64,000 bases of DNA. Origin: Gemmatimonadales bacterium (GTDB taxonomy: Bacteria; Gemmatimonadota; Gemmatimonadetes; Gemmatimonadales; GWC2-71-9). The notes below the pieces were generated by a model. The model did not search any database. It saw only the letters and a list, made by a program, of their open reading frames with translations, and was not told where the DNA came from. The DNA lies in contig JBFJHJ010000003.1 in assembly GCA_041613315.1 (NCBI GenBank), positions 1 to 64,000 of the forward strand, written 5' to 3'. Positions within the stretch are counted from its first letter, which is position 1. Each line of letters starts with the position of its first letter. The translations under genes and the position numbers were made by a program. This document shows positions 51,418 to 61,414 of the stretch, one piece after another.

Positions 51418-51479
51418 TGACCCGCGGCGCGACGTCCGGTGTCAGGTACCCGGACGCCGCGACCCGGCCCGATGGACCC

Positions 51480-51508
51480 TTGACCCAACTCCGCGCGCTG
51501 AGTACAGT
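51480..51508 (+). promoter_or_regulatory. Sigma70 promoter for rplU-rpmA (near-leaderless)
   Basis: TTGACC-N17-TACAGT, 9 nt before ATG 51518. Confidence 0.7.
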
Positions 51509-51517
51509 TACCGGCCT

Positions 51518-51835
51518 ATGAGCTACGCTATTTTCCGCGCCCAGGGGCGGCAGTTCCGCGCCGAGAAGGGCATGACACTCCAGGTGCCCCATCTCGACGC
51601 CGAGCCAGGGACGAAGGTCTCGTTCGACGACGTGCTGTTGTCCAGCGACGGGAAGAAGGTGCACTCCGGCCAGCCGATCGTGAAAGGCGCCAAGGTGACG
51701 GCGGAAGTGCTCCGACACGGCAAAGACGAGAAGGTGGTGGTCTTCAAGTTCAAGCGGCGGAAGAACTACCGTCGGCGCACCGGCCACCGCCAGCAGTTCA
51801 CCGAGATCAAGATCACCGATCTGAAGCTGGGATAG
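51518..51835 (+). CDS. rplU: 50S ribosomal protein L21
   Basis: [13 protein letters not shown]...[18 protein letters not shown]. Confidence 0.97.
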   Translation: MSYAIFRAQGRQFRAEKGMTLQVPHLDAEPGTKVSFDDVLLSSDGKKVHSGQPIVKGAKVTAEVLRHGKDEKVVVFKFKRRKNYRRRTGHRQQFTEIKITDLKLG

Positions 51836-51840
51836 GCAGA

Positions 51841-52098
51841 ATGGCGCACAAGAAGGGTGTCGGCTCCAGCCGCAACGGGCGGGATTCCAATCCGAAGTTC
51901 CTCGGCGTCAAGCGGTTCGGCGGTGAGGCCGTGCGCGCGGGCAATATCCTGGTCCGCCAACGCGGCACCCGGTTCCACCCGGGCCGCAACGTGCGCCGAG
52001 CGAGCGACGACACGCTCTTCGCGCTCGCAGACGGTGTCGTCAAGTTCGAGCATCACGACAAGCGGCGCCTTCGGGTGAGTGTATATCCGGCGGCGTGA
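51841..52098 (+). CDS. rpmA: 50S ribosomal protein L27
   Basis: [16 protein letters not shown]...[10 protein letters not shown]. Confidence 0.98.
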   Translation: MAHKKGVGSSRNGRDSNPKFLGVKRFGGEAVRAGNILVRQRGTRFHPGRNVRRASDDTLFALADGVVKFEHHDKRRLRVSVYPAA

Positions 52099-52117
52099 GG
52101 GCGGCGAGGTCGCGGGC

Positions 52118-52163
52118 GGAAGCGACAACGGCGGGCGCATCGGCGGCCGCCGTTCGCGTTTCC
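52118..52163. terminator. GC-rich hairpin between convergent genes
   Basis: AACGGCGG (52127-52134) pairs with CCGCCGTT (52147-52154), with an imperfect outer extension; weak U tract. Confidence 0.35.
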
Positions 52164-52183
52164 CCCCTTGTGTGTCGGGGCGG

Positions 52184-52660
52184 TCACGCTTCGGGGCCGG
52201 CCGCCAGGGCCCCGCGGCGCCGCACCTCCCGTAGCGCGCGGAGCTCACGCTTCGCCAGCTGGGCGCGCCGGCCGAAGAAAGCGAACGGGATCAGGGATGT
52301 GACGCCGACCCCCGCGCTCAACACCACCTTGCTCAGGGCTGCCGGCTCGGGTCCCAGCACCATCCAGAGCACCACGATCTCCGCCGCGATCACCACGGCG
52401 CCGAACGCGTCGCGCAAGTGCGCCATGTCCTTCCGATATACGTTGAGGCGGCGTTCGGCCTCCGTCTCCACCGCCCCGGCGGCAAGCAGTTCGCCCTCAC
52501 CGGAGTAGATCGCGCCGCAACGCCCGCAGATGCGTAGCTGGCCGGTGAAGAGGCTCTTGAACCCCTCCCACCAGTAGCGCGTCCACCGCAGCCGCTTGAC
52601 CGGATGGCGCAGGACCTCCAGCGCATGCCCACAGCGCTCACACTGTTCCACGCCGACCAT
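52184..52660 (-). CDS. Hypothetical membrane protein with two CxxC motifs
   Basis: CERCG...CGRCG at the N-terminus, two C-terminal TM helices. Confidence 0.65.
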   Translation of the reverse strand: MVGVEQCERCGHALEVLRHPVKRLRWTRYWWEGFKSLFTGQLRICGRCGAIYSGEGELLAAGAVETEAERRLNVYRKDMAHLRDAFGAVVIAAEIVVLWMVLGPEPAALSKVVLSAGVGVTSLIPFAFFGRRAQLAKRELRALREVRRRGALAAGPEA

Positions 52661-52700
52661 CGCTGTGCCCTACGCGTGAAGGCGATCCGAAGTTACGGGC

Positions 52701-53546
52701 TCAGCAGATCTGTGCCCGGAAGAGCTCGAACAATCGGCGCGTCACCGGGCCCGGGCAACCGGCGCCGACGGGTGCCCCGTCGAGCGTGACGATCGGCATG
52801 ACCTCGACCGTGGTCCCGGCCAGGAAGAGCTCATCGGCCCCGCGTAGCTCGTGGAGCAGAATGGGTTGCTCGAGCGCGGGAATCCCGTTGGCGCGGCAGA
52901 GGTCGAGCACCACGCCTCGCGTGATGCTGGGCAAGATGTAATTCGACTTGGGGGCCGTCCGGACCGTTCCGTCGAACACGCCGAAGAAGCTGGTGGCCGT
53001 GCCTTCGAGCGCCACGCCGTCGCGCACGAGGATCGCCTCGGTGGCTCCAGCGTCGACCGCCTGCTGGTGTGCCAGAACATTCGGGAGCAGCGCCACCGAC
53101 TTGATGTCGCATCGTGTCCAGCGCAGGTCCGGCGCCGTGATGACGGCGACGCCCTGCGCCGCGTCGCCACGCGGCCGAAGCGGCAGGGGGGTGGCGTACA
53201 CCGTCGGGGGCACCGGGGGGTCGGGGAAGGCGTGACGCCGCGGGGCGGCACCACGGGTGACTTGAAGGTAGACCATTGCGTCGCCTGCGAGCGCGTTCCG
53301 GCGCAGGAGCTCCGGGCACACGTCGCTCAGCGCCGCCGTCGTGACGCCGTCGATCCGAAGCGCCCGCAGCCCGTCCGCGAGGCGGGCCAGATGCGCCTCC
53401 AGGCCGAACAGGCGTCCCCCGTAGCTGCGCACGACCTCGTACGCGCCGTCGGCGAACAGGAAGCCGCGGTCGTCCGGCGAGATCCGAACGTCGGCCTTGG
53501 GGAGGAAGATCCCGTTGAAGTACACGGTGTCGGCGTGGGCGGTCAC
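52701..53546 (-). CDS. Class IV aminotransferase (D-amino-acid aminotransferase-like)
   Basis: ISPDDRGFLFADGAYEV, YLQVTRG, RCDIKSVALL, ILPSITR, ADELFLAGT. GTGA coupling at 53546. Confidence 0.92.
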   Translation of the reverse strand: MTAHADTVYFNGIFLPKADVRISPDDRGFLFADGAYEVVRSYGGRLFGLEAHLARLADGLRALRIDGVTTAALSDVCPELLRRNALAGDAMVYLQVTRGAAPRRHAFPDPPVPPTVYATPLPLRPRGDAAQGVAVITAPDLRWTRCDIKSVALLPNVLAHQQAVDAGATEAILVRDGVALEGTATSFFGVFDGTVRTAPKSNYILPSITRGVVLDLCRANGIPALEQPILLHELRGADELFLAGTTVEVMPIVTLDGAPVGAGCPGPVTRRLFELFRAQIC

Positions 53547-54214
53547 ATCCAGTTCCGTCGGCCCTGCGTGAAGGGGGTGCGGTGCGGATCGTGCGTCCGA
53601 ACGAACTCCCGGTACCGGTCGCGCAGTCGAATATAACGCGCCTGATCGGTCCGGAGCGGGCGATGGGGCAGGGCGATCAGGTGCCGCTCCACCTTCCAGA
53701 CGTTGCGCGGCGAGAAGCGCCAGTCGTAGGGGTCCAGCTCCCGGAGATCCGCCAGGGCAAACGCGACGATCCGCCCCGTGCGGTCGACGTACGGGTCGTA
53801 ATAGCTCCGCGCCAGCGCTTCCACCGAGCGAAACACGGGCCGCCGCCCCCACAACCCCTCATCCCGCGACCCCCCGACCGCTCCCCACCCCCCGCGGCGC
53901 CGAAACGCGAACACCACGTGATCAAGGAGATCGCGGGACTCGAGATCGAGGAGGAGCGGCGGGTAACCGTGGAATTCGAGGATCGTGGCGGCAGCCAGTG
54001 CCGCCTCGAGGCAATGGGCGCTCCGGTGCCGGACGACGCCCCGAAACGAGCGCAGCGTCGGGCGCGGGCGCTCCCAGTTGTAGCGCAGCGAGCGAATCCA
54101 CCGCTGGACGGCTTCGGGCGTCCCGTTGGCGCGGATGACGCGACGCTCCCTCGCCATGAGCGCCGGTCGGGCGCGGCGCCCGCGGGGCCGCGCCGGCTCA
54201 ACGCGAGCCGGCAA
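53543..54214 (-). CDS. Conserved hypothetical protein, possible transglutaminase-like fold
   Basis: TPEAVQRWIRSLRYN, AHCLEAAL, DHVVFAF, WGAVG, LARSYYDPY. Confidence 0.7.
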   Translation of the reverse strand: MPARVEPARPRGRRARPALMARERRVIRANGTPEAVQRWIRSLRYNWERPRPTLRSFRGVVRHRSAHCLEAALAAATILEFHGYPPLLLDLESRDLLDHVVFAFRRRGGWGAVGGSRDEGLWGRRPVFRSVEALARSYYDPYVDRTGRIVAFALADLRELDPYDWRFSPRNVWKVERHLIALPHRPLRTDQARYIRLRDRYREFVRTHDPHRTPFTQGRRNWM

Positions 54215-54578
54215 CCACTCCCCACACGAACGCCGCCCACCCTCCGAGGAAGCACAGACCGCCGATCGGCGTCACGGCGCCGAGCCAGCGGGCGCCCGTG
54301 AGCGCCAACAGGTAGAGGCTTCCCGAGAAGACGAGGGTCCCCGCCGCGAAGAGCCAGCCCGCCCACAGGAGCGCGGGCGCACCCCACCGGGCGGTGGCGA
54401 ACGCCACGGCCAACAACCCCAGCGCGTGGTACATCTGATATCGCACGCCGGTTTCGAAGACCACGAGCAGGTCGGGGTCGAGCCGCGCCCGAAGCGCGTG
54501 CGCACCGAACGCGCCGGCCCCTACCGCCACGAAGGCCGAGGCGGCCCCGAGCACGGCGAAGAGGCGATCCGGACTCAC
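54198..54578 (-). CDS. DUF423/YgdD membrane protein
   Basis: GAFGAHAL, TGVRYQMYH, FSGSLY, GAVTPIGG. Confidence 0.92.
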   Translation of the reverse strand: MSPDRLFAVLGAASAFVAVGAGAFGAHALRARLDPDLLVVFETGVRYQMYHALGLLAVAFATARWGAPALLWAGWLFAAGTLVFSGSLYLLALTGARWLGAVTPIGGLCFLGGWAAFVWGVVAGSR

Positions 54579-54802
54579 GCGACGTCGTCGCCCAGCACGC
54601 CGGCGTCCCGCAGCACCTCCCGAGCCCTGCTCACCTGGTCGGGATGCACCAGCAGATCGGCCCCCGGAGGGATGGGGCCGAGGAGCATCCCCTCGGACGA
54701 TCGGATCACAAATGGAATGCCGTGGTTCGTCAGGTGCTGCGCCGCGAGCTCCGCATCGAGGTGCCGGCGAAAATTGGCGATGACCACCGGTTGTCCCGCC
54801 AT
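54575..54802 (-). CDS. DUF2007-like small protein
   Basis: AELAAQHLTNHGIP...LLVHPDQVSRAREVL. Confidence 0.7.
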   Translation of the reverse strand: MAGQPVVIANFRRHLDAELAAQHLTNHGIPFVIRSSEGMLLGPIPPGADLLVHPDQVSRAREVLRDAGVLGDDVA

Positions 54803-54820
54803 CAGATCTCCGCGGCCGTG

Positions 54821-56305
54821 TCAGCCAGCCCAGATCCACACCACGATCGTAATAATAGCCACCGCGGCGACGTTGAGTCCGATCCCGGCCCGCGCCATCT
54901 GGCCCGGGGTAATGGCGCCGCTGCCGAACACGATGGCGTTGGGCGGCGTGGCCACCGGGAGCATGAATGCCATCGAGGCGGCGAGGGCGGCGGCCGCCAT
55001 GAGCGGCAGCGGTGCCAGGCCCAGGCCTTGGGCCACCCCCACCACTAGCGGCATCCCGAGCGCCGTCGTGGCCGCGTTGCTGGTGAGCTCGGTGAGGGCC
55101 ACGAACAGCGCGGTCGTCGCCAGCACCACCACGATGAACGGCGTGCCCTGCAGAGCCGCGAGCCGCTCGCCAAGCCACGCCGTGAGCCCACTCGACTCGA
55201 ACACCGCCGCGAGGGACAGACCGCCGCCGAACAGGAGCAGGATGCCCCAGGGGACCTTGCGTGCCGACTCCCAGTCGAGGGCCACGCGGTGCCGGGCACC
55301 GGAGAGGGGAACCACGAACAACACCAGTGCGGCGGCGATCGCGATGGCCGGGTCGGAGATACCGGGTAAGAGATCACTGAGGCCCGGGACGCGCAGGCTG
55401 CCGATCTCCCTGGGCGCGCGGAAGATCCACGCGAACGCCGTCAGGCCGAAGACCGCCAGCACGAATCGCTCGGCGCCCGCCAGCCGTCCCAGGCGTCCCT
55501 CCTCCCGCGCGATCACCGTGGCGAGCCCGGGAACCGCGCCTCGGACGCGATACAACCGCACGAGCCACAGCCAGCAGATGGCGAGCATCGGGAAGCTCAC
55601 CGAGGCGCCGATGCCGATCCATCCGGCGAAGCTGACCTCGACGCCGGCGAGTTCGCGCGCCGCCGCTGCGAAGATGGCGTTGGGCGGCGTGCCGATGAGG
55701 GTCGTGACGCCGCCGATGGACGCGCCGTAGGCGATACCGAGCATCAGCGCGGTGGAAAAGCCCGTGCCCGCGGCGCGTGGCTCACCAGGAGCGCCGGACG
55801 CGCGATCCGGTCCCTCGGACGGCCCGCCCGATCGCCCGACCGCCTGTCCGCCCATCACGGCTGCGGCGATGGGCAACATCATGATCGCCGTGGCCGTGTT
55901 CGAGATCCACATGCTGGCGAACGCGGTGGCGAGCATGAACGCCAAGACGACCCTGGGCGCGTCCGTCCCGACGGCGCGGACGGCCGCCAGCGCGAATCGC
56001 TTGTGCAGATTCCACCGCTCGAGCGTGGCCGCGAGGAAGAACCCTCCGAGAAACAGGAAGATGATGGGGTCGGCGTACGGCGCGGCGACCTGATCGATGT
56101 TGGCGACCCCGACGAGCGGCAGCAGCACGATGGGGAGGAGCGCCGTCGCTTCGAGCGGCACGACGGCAGAGAGCCACCAGACCGCCATCCAGCCCGCGAC
56201 GCCCGCGACGCGCCACGCCGGCTCGACCATCGTGCCGGGCGGCGGCAGCAGGAGCGTGGCCGCCAGGATGGCGGGTCCGGCCGCGAGGGCCACGCGGCGC
56301 GTCAT
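54821..56305 (-). CDS. DASS/SLC13 family anion:sodium symporter
   Basis: SMWISNTAT, IGTPPN, LFGGGLSL, TELTSNAAT, MLPVATPPNAIV. Confidence 0.93.
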   Translation of the reverse strand: MTRRVALAAGPAILAATLLLPPPGTMVEPAWRVAGVAGWMAVWWLSAVVPLEATALLPIVLLPLVGVANIDQVAAPYADPIIFLFLGGFFLAATLERWNLHKRFALAAVRAVGTDAPRVVLAFMLATAFASMWISNTATAIMMLPIAAAVMGGQAVGRSGGPSEGPDRASGAPGEPRAAGTGFSTALMLGIAYGASIGGVTTLIGTPPNAIFAAAARELAGVEVSFAGWIGIGASVSFPMLAICWLWLVRLYRVRGAVPGLATVIAREEGRLGRLAGAERFVLAVFGLTAFAWIFRAPREIGSLRVPGLSDLLPGISDPAIAIAAALVLFVVPLSGARHRVALDWESARKVPWGILLLFGGGLSLAAVFESSGLTAWLGERLAALQGTPFIVVVLATTALFVALTELTSNAATTALGMPLVVGVAQGLGLAPLPLMAAAALAASMAFMLPVATPPNAIVFGSGAITPGQMARAGIGLNVAAVAIITIVVWIWAG

Positions 56306-57168
56306 CGTTGCGGAATGAGCTCGAGGGGCGTGTGCCGGGTGATGCGCGCTTTCAACTCGTCGGGCAGGGGCAACGCAAGGAACTGATCGAGGTTGCCTCG
56401 GAGGTCCCGCACCCCCGGGCTGGGCCAATCCGTGCCCCACACGACGCGCTCACCGATCTCCTCCAGACGCGGGAAGTACTCCAAGAGCTTGGCGGGAGGG
56501 ATCCCCGAGAGCTCGAGGTAGACGTTGCGATGGCGCCGCAGCACGAAGAACGCCTCGTCCATCCATAACGGCCGGCCGCCGTGCGCCATGATGATCGTGA
56601 GCGCAGGGAAGTCGATCGCGACGTCGTCCAGCTCCATCGGCCGGCCGTACTTGCAGCGCGCCCCGGGGAAGATGCTCGTGCCGGTATGGATCGTGACCGG
56701 CATCCCCCGCTCCTCGCAGCGGCGATAGATCCGGCCCAGCGCGTCGAGCCCCATCGTGTACGCATTCGCGGGATAGAGCTGGTGCGGCGGGTGGATCTTC
56801 AGGATACGCGTCCCCATCGCGAGCAGCTCCTCCACCTCGGCTTCGGGGTCCGTGGTGAAGCGGGGATGCACGCCGCCGTAGGGAATGAGCCGTTCAGGCG
56901 CCGCGCTCGCATACTCCGCGGCGAACCGGTTCGTCTCCATGGTGAAGCCCATGAGGTCCGGGCTGGGGTAATTCACCAGCCCGACGCGCCAGATTCCGGC
57001 GGCGTCCAGCGTGTCGAGGAGCGCCCGGGGGTCGTCCATGATCGCCATGAGCCGCTGCCAATGGTCCTCGTGGTCGCGACGCATCACGGCCGCCACGGCC
57101 GGCTTGAGCTGCCGCCAGGGCTGAATATGGACGTGGAGATCCGTGACGCCCGGCATCGGGGGCGTCAT
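56302..57168 (-). CDS. Amidohydrolase_2 family metal-dependent hydrolase
   Basis: DLHVH, KIHP, IHTG, AHGGRP, WGTDWP. Confidence 0.88.
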   Translation of the reverse strand: MTPPMPGVTDLHVHIQPWRQLKPAVAAVMRRDHEDHWQRLMAIMDDPRALLDTLDAAGIWRVGLVNYPSPDLMGFTMETNRFAAEYASAAPERLIPYGGVHPRFTTDPEAEVEELLAMGTRILKIHPPHQLYPANAYTMGLDALGRIYRRCEERGMPVTIHTGTSIFPGARCKYGRPMELDDVAIDFPALTIIMAHGGRPLWMDEAFFVLRRHRNVYLELSGIPPAKLLEYFPRLEEIGERVVWGTDWPSPGVRDLRGNLDQFLALPLPDELKARITRHTPLELIPQR

Positions 57169-57187
57169 GGGTATGCGGCGAAACGGC

Positions 57188-57970
57188 TCATCGGCCCTGG
57201 AAGTCGGCGGCGCGTTTCTCGAGGAAGGCCCGCACCCCTTCGACCTTGTCCTCCGACGAGAACGCGATCCCGAAGAGCGTCTGCTCGAGGCGCACGCCTT
57301 CGTCGAGCGGCATGCGGACGCTTGCTCGCACGGCCTCTTTGATGAGCTGGAGGGCCACCGGGCTCTTCTGCGCAATCGTGCCGGCCAGCGCGCGGGCCCG
57401 CTCCATCAGCTGCTCAGGGGGTAGGACCTCGTCCACCAGCCCCACGCGGAGCGCTTCCGCGGCGGAGATCATCTCGCCGCTGTACAGCAGCTTGAACGCG
57501 TTTCCCAGCCCGACGAGACGGGGCAGCCGCTGCGTCCCGCCACCACCGGGCAGGATCCCGAGGTTGATCTCCGGCTGGCCGAGCTTGGCTTTCTCGGACG
57601 CGATGCGGATGTCGCACGCCATGGCTAGCTCGCAGCCGCCGCCCAAGCAGAAGCCGTTGATCGCCGCGATGATCGGCTTTGGGAATTGGTCGGCCGCGTC
57701 GAACAGGCCGAACGTCTTCATGACGCGGAACTGCTCCATAGGACTGCGGCCCTCGAACTCCGCGATGTCCGCACCAGCGATGAACGCCTTCTCGCCCGCC
57801 CCCGTGACGATCACCACGCGGACCTCGGCGTTCTGTTTGAGCTCGTTCAAGGCGCCCACGAACTGGCAGCGCACCGGCCCATTCAAGGCGTTCAGCTTCG
57901 CGGGGCGATTGATCGTGACGGTTGCGACGCGCCCCGCAATATCGGTCAGGACGACTTGGTCTTCGGCCAT
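57188..57970 (-). CDS. Enoyl-CoA hydratase (crotonase/PaaF-like)
   Basis: NRPAKLNAL, FIAGADI, GGGCELAMACD, GQPEINLGILPGGGGTQRL. Confidence 0.93.
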   Translation of the reverse strand: MAEDQVVLTDIAGRVATVTINRPAKLNALNGPVRCQFVGALNELKQNAEVRVVIVTGAGEKAFIAGADIAEFEGRSPMEQFRVMKTFGLFDAADQFPKPIIAAINGFCLGGGCELAMACDIRIASEKAKLGQPEINLGILPGGGGTQRLPRLVGLGNAFKLLYSGEMISAAEALRVGLVDEVLPPEQLMERARALAGTIAQKSPVALQLIKEAVRASVRMPLDEGVRLEQTLFGIAFSSEDKVEGVRAFLEKRAADFQGR

Positions 57971-58830
57971 TGATAGAATCCCTTCCCGGTTTTTTGCCCG
58001 AGCTCGCCTGCCGACACCTTGCGGCGCAGGATGCCCGGCGGCGCGTAGTGAGGCTCTCCCAACTCGCGATACAAGTATTCCGCGATCGCCAGGCGGACGT
58101 CCAGCCCGACGAGGTCGCTCACGCGGAGGGGGCCCATCGGATGCCCGTATCCCAGCTCCAGGGCTGTGTCGATGTCGTCCGGCGACGCCACGCCCTGCTC
58201 GACCATGCGCATCGCCTCGAGGCCCAACACGACGCCCAGCCGAGACGAAGCGAAGCCGGGCGTGTCCTGGACGGTGATGGGGTGCTTCCCCATCGCGACC
58301 GCGGCGTCGCGTGCGCGCCGCACCACCGCCGAGTCGGTGCCTTCGGGCACCACGAGCTCGACGAGCTTCATGATGTGCACGGGATTGAAGAAGTGCATCC
58401 CCAGGACGCGCGCGGGGTGGCGGGTCGCACCGGCGATCCTGGTGACCGAGAGCGACGAGGTGTTAGTGGCCAGGATCGTGTCGGCTCCCACGAGGCGGTC
58501 CAGCCGAGCGAAGAGGTCGCGCTTGACCGCCTCGTCCTCAACCACGGCCTCGATGACCAGGTCGGCGTCGCGCACGGCGGCCTCGAGCGTGTCGGCGAGA
58601 CGGATGCGCCGCAGCGCCTGGTCGGCCGCCTCCTGCGTGAGCTTCCCGCGCTCGACGCCGCCGTGGAGGTTAGCCTGAATCCGCTCCAGCGCCGGCGCCA
58701 GCGCCTCGGGGCGGGCGTCGGTGAGAGCCGTCTCGTTGCCGGCCAGCGCCGCGATCTGAGCGATGCCGTGCCCCATGGTGCCGGCTCCCACCACGCCGAC
58801 TCGGGGGCCGCTCCGCTCGGCGACCGTCAT
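57946..58830 (-). CDS. 3-hydroxyacyl-CoA dehydrogenase (Hbd/PaaH-like)
   Basis: GAGTMGHGIA, IEAVVE, TNTSSL, GMHFFNP, HPMGPL, GQKTGKGFY. Confidence 0.94.
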   Translation of the reverse strand: MTVAERSGPRVGVVGAGTMGHGIAQIAALAGNETALTDARPEALAPALERIQANLHGGVERGKLTQEAADQALRRIRLADTLEAAVRDADLVIEAVVEDEAVKRDLFARLDRLVGADTILATNTSSLSVTRIAGATRHPARVLGMHFFNPVHIMKLVELVVPEGTDSAVVRRARDAAVAMGKHPITVQDTPGFASSRLGVVLGLEAMRMVEQGVASPDDIDTALELGYGHPMGPLRVSDLVGLDVRLAIAEYLYRELGEPHYAPPGILRRKVSAGELGQKTGKGFYQWPKTKSS

Positions 58831-59498
58831 CGCAGCGCCTTGCGGACCACGTCCGGACGGTTGGTGCAGATGCCGTCCGCCCCGAGGGCGCTGAGCTCGC
58901 GCATCCGGTCGGGGTCGTCCACGGTCCACGCGTACACCTTGAGGTCGTGCGCGTGCGCGCCCTCCACCAGGGCGCGATCGACGAACCGATCCTCCTGCCA
59001 CAGCTCCGCCGCGCCGACGTCCGCGAGGGGCGCGAACGGCCGCACGGGGTACGAGCACGACAACACCCCGCACCGGAGTGTCGGCCGTGCGGCCTTGACG
59101 CGCGCGACGATGCGATGGTCGAAGGCATGGACATGGACCCGGGACGGGGCGGGGGCGCCGTCGATGATCTCGAACAGCCGGGAATCGAACGCGGGTGGGA
59201 GGCCCTTCACCTCGACGAACACCAGGAGGTCCCGCCCGACGGCATCGAGCGCCTCCCGCAGCGTGGGCACGGGCTCACCATTTGCCAATCGCCGGGACCG
59301 CACGGTGTCGTACGAGGCCGCGGCGATGTCGAGGTCGCCCACCCGCGGATCGTGATGGACCATGGGAACGCCATCGGCGGTCGTGTGGATGTCCAACTCG
59401 ACGCCGTCCGCGTGCATGGCGCGCGCCGCCCGGAAAGCGGCCAGCGTGTTTTCGAGCTCGTACGCCGACGCCCCCCGGTGCGCGATGACGAGGGTCAA
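58827..59498 (-). CDS. Glycerophosphodiester phosphodiesterase family protein
   Basis: IAHRGAS..ENT, VELDIH, HHD, EVK, WTVDD, DGICTN. Confidence 0.92.
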   Translation of the reverse strand: MTLVIAHRGASAYELENTLAAFRAARAMHADGVELDIHTTADGVPMVHHDPRVGDLDIAAASYDTVRSRRLANGEPVPTLREALDAVGRDLLVFVEVKGLPPAFDSRLFEIIDGAPAPSRVHVHAFDHRIVARVKAARPTLRCGVLSCSYPVRPFAPLADVGAAELWQEDRFVDRALVEGAHAHDLKVYAWTVDDPDRMRELSALGADGICTNRPDVVRKALR

Positions 59499-60607
59499 TT
59501 ACTCGTCGGCTCGCGGAGCTCGATCCAGTCCGGCTCCTTCGTCACGTCGTGCAGCAACGCGAAGTCAGCCGCGGTCGGCGTCACCGACTTCACGTACTCC
59601 GCGTACCGCTCGGCGCTCAGCTCGTTGCCGTCCACGTCATAATGCTGGTGCGCCCACTGGCCGATCCGCCGATTGAACTTGAGGTCTGGCAGCCGCAGCC
59701 AGCGCTCGCGCTCGGGAATGTACTTGTTCAGGCGGTCGACCAGACGCTGGCATTCCTGGCGGTACATCTCGCGCGCGAGTTCGTTGAGCCGGCCTTTGTC
59801 GGCGTCGTGGGGGTTCTCCCGTTCGTCGAAACGGCCCTTGAGTCCCCACACGTACGCCCAGTGGGCCGACGACGACCCGTCCGTCCCGAACAGGTCGAAC
59901 GCCGTCGGCACCCACTTGTTGAAGAACCGCTGCATCACCTCCGGCGGCACGCGTCCCGCCTTGATGATGCGGAGCAGCCCATTGTTGCCCGTGCCCAGGT
60001 GATAGCTCTCCTCCTTGAGCATCGGTCCCATGGACCGCGCGAGCGGAGCGAACGCCGAGGTCGAGAGCATCTTCAGTTGGAACTTGCCGTCCCGGTCAAT
60101 GAACTGGGTGTAGGTGAAGAAGTCGAGCCAGTTGTCGACGATCTCGTTGAAGCTGCCCAGCAACCGTTCGCCCTCCTCGGCCCGCCGCTCCAAGAGCTTC
60201 TGCGCCTCCCGACGGCCCTCATCCCCGAAATGCTCGCACAGGAGGAAGGACATCTGCCACCCGTGGCGCATCTCCTCACACATGACGCGCATGATCGACT
60301 GCATGTCGTACGCGCTGGGCGGGCTCTGCAGGAGATTCCGTTGCTGCTCAACCGAGGCGAACTCCGTATCGCCCTGGTAGATGATCAGGTTCTGGAGGGC
60401 GTCCCGGATGCGTTGGTCGGGGATATGCATGATCGTCGGCCACTTACGCTGACCCTTGTAGTGACCGAACTCGATCGTCTCCGCCTCCGGCTCGCCGAAC
60501 TTGACGTCGAACCCAAACTGGCGGACCTCGGACCGATCCAGGCCGATCGAGTCCTGCCAGTGGTGGAAATAGTCGATCCAGTCGTCCCAGTTGGCGATCT
60601 TCCGCAT
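59495..60607 (-). CDS. BoxB/PaaA-like di-iron aryl-CoA epoxidase subunit
   Basis: QGDTEFASVEQQR, EEMRHGWQM, RLLGSFN, FIDRDGKFQL, FAPLARS, KEESYH: two ExxH di-iron motifs in BoxB-like context. Confidence 0.85.
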   Translation of the reverse strand: MRKIANWDDWIDYFHHWQDSIGLDRSEVRQFGFDVKFGEPEAETIEFGHYKGQRKWPTIMHIPDQRIRDALQNLIIYQGDTEFASVEQQRNLLQSPPSAYDMQSIMRVMCEEMRHGWQMSFLLCEHFGDEGRREAQKLLERRAEEGERLLGSFNEIVDNWLDFFTYTQFIDRDGKFQLKMLSTSAFAPLARSMGPMLKEESYHLGTGNNGLLRIIKAGRVPPEVMQRFFNKWVPTAFDLFGTDGSSSAHWAYVWGLKGRFDERENPHDADKGRLNELAREMYRQECQRLVDRLNKYIPERERWLRLPDLKFNRRIGQWAHQHYDVDGNELSAERYAEYVKSVTPTAADFALLHDVTKEPDWIELREPTSN

Positions 60608-60619
60608 CTCGACCCCCGT

Positions 60620-61414
60620 TTACCGTCCGCTGAAGGATGGTGCACGCTTTTCCAGGAACGCGGCGAGACCCTCCTGCGCGTCCGCACTGGCGAAGCACAG
60701 AAGCTGGTGCTCCAGCTCGACATCCAGCATCTGTGCCAGATTCCGCGCGTCACTCACGTAGATGGCGCGTTTCGCCGCCGCAAGTGCCAGCGGCGGCTTG
60801 GCCGCGAGCGCACCGGCGAGTTTCGCCGTTTCTTCCGCGAGTCGCTCGTGCGGCACGACGCGGTTGAAGAGGCCCAGCCGCAGGGCCTCGGCGGCGTCGA
60901 TCATCTCCCCGCTGAAGACGAGCTCCAGCGCTTTGGCCGGCCCCACGAGCCGGGGCAGGAAGTACATCCCCCCCCAGTCCGGATGCAGCCCGATCCGGTT
61001 GAAGGTCTGGCCGATGGACGCCCGGTCGGACGCGATGCGGAGATCGCACGCCAACGCGAGGTTGGCCCCGCCGCCGGCCGCGGGCCCGTTGACGGCGGCG
61101 ATCACGGGCTTTGGCGTGTCGCGGATCGCCGTGACCACGGTGCGGCCCACCTCCACCAGGGCGCGGAACCCCTCGACGTCACCCGCCGCGAGCAATTCCT
61201 TCATGTAACCGATGTCGGCGCCGGCGCAGAACGCGCGCCCCGCACCGGTGATCACCAGCACGCGCACCCGCCCGTCCCCCGCCATGACGCGGACGGCGTC
61301 GGCGATCGCTTCCCGCATCGTGCCCGCAAACGCGTTGAGCTTCTCGGGCCGGTTGAGCGTGACGGTGCCGACACCCGCCTCGACCGCGAGCTGCACGTAG
61401 GCCGGCGGGGTCAC
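60620..61414 (-). CDS. Enoyl-CoA hydratase/isomerase (PaaG-like)
   Basis: LNRPEKLNA, FCAGAD, AAGGGANLALACD, FNRIGLHPDWGG. Confidence 0.88.
   Translation of the reverse strand: MTPPAYVQLAVEAGVGTVTLNRPEKLNAFAGTMREAIADAVRVMAGDGRVRVLVITGAGRAFCAGADIGYMKELLAAGDVEGFRALVEVGRTVVTAIRDTPKPVIAAVNGPAAGGGANLALACDLRIASDRASIGQTFNRIGLHPDWGGMYFLPRLVGPAKALELVFSGEMIDAAEALRLGLFNRVVPHERLAEETAKLAGALAAKPPLALAAAKRAIYVSDARNLAQMLDVELEHQLLCFASADAQEGLAAFLEKRAPSFSGR

Noticed and set aside
51423..51461. Hairpin between the RNase gene and rplU as an L21 leader RNA
   Set aside because: It lies upstream of the rplU promoter and has no U tract. More likely a 3' stabilising or terminating hairpin of the RNase mRNA.
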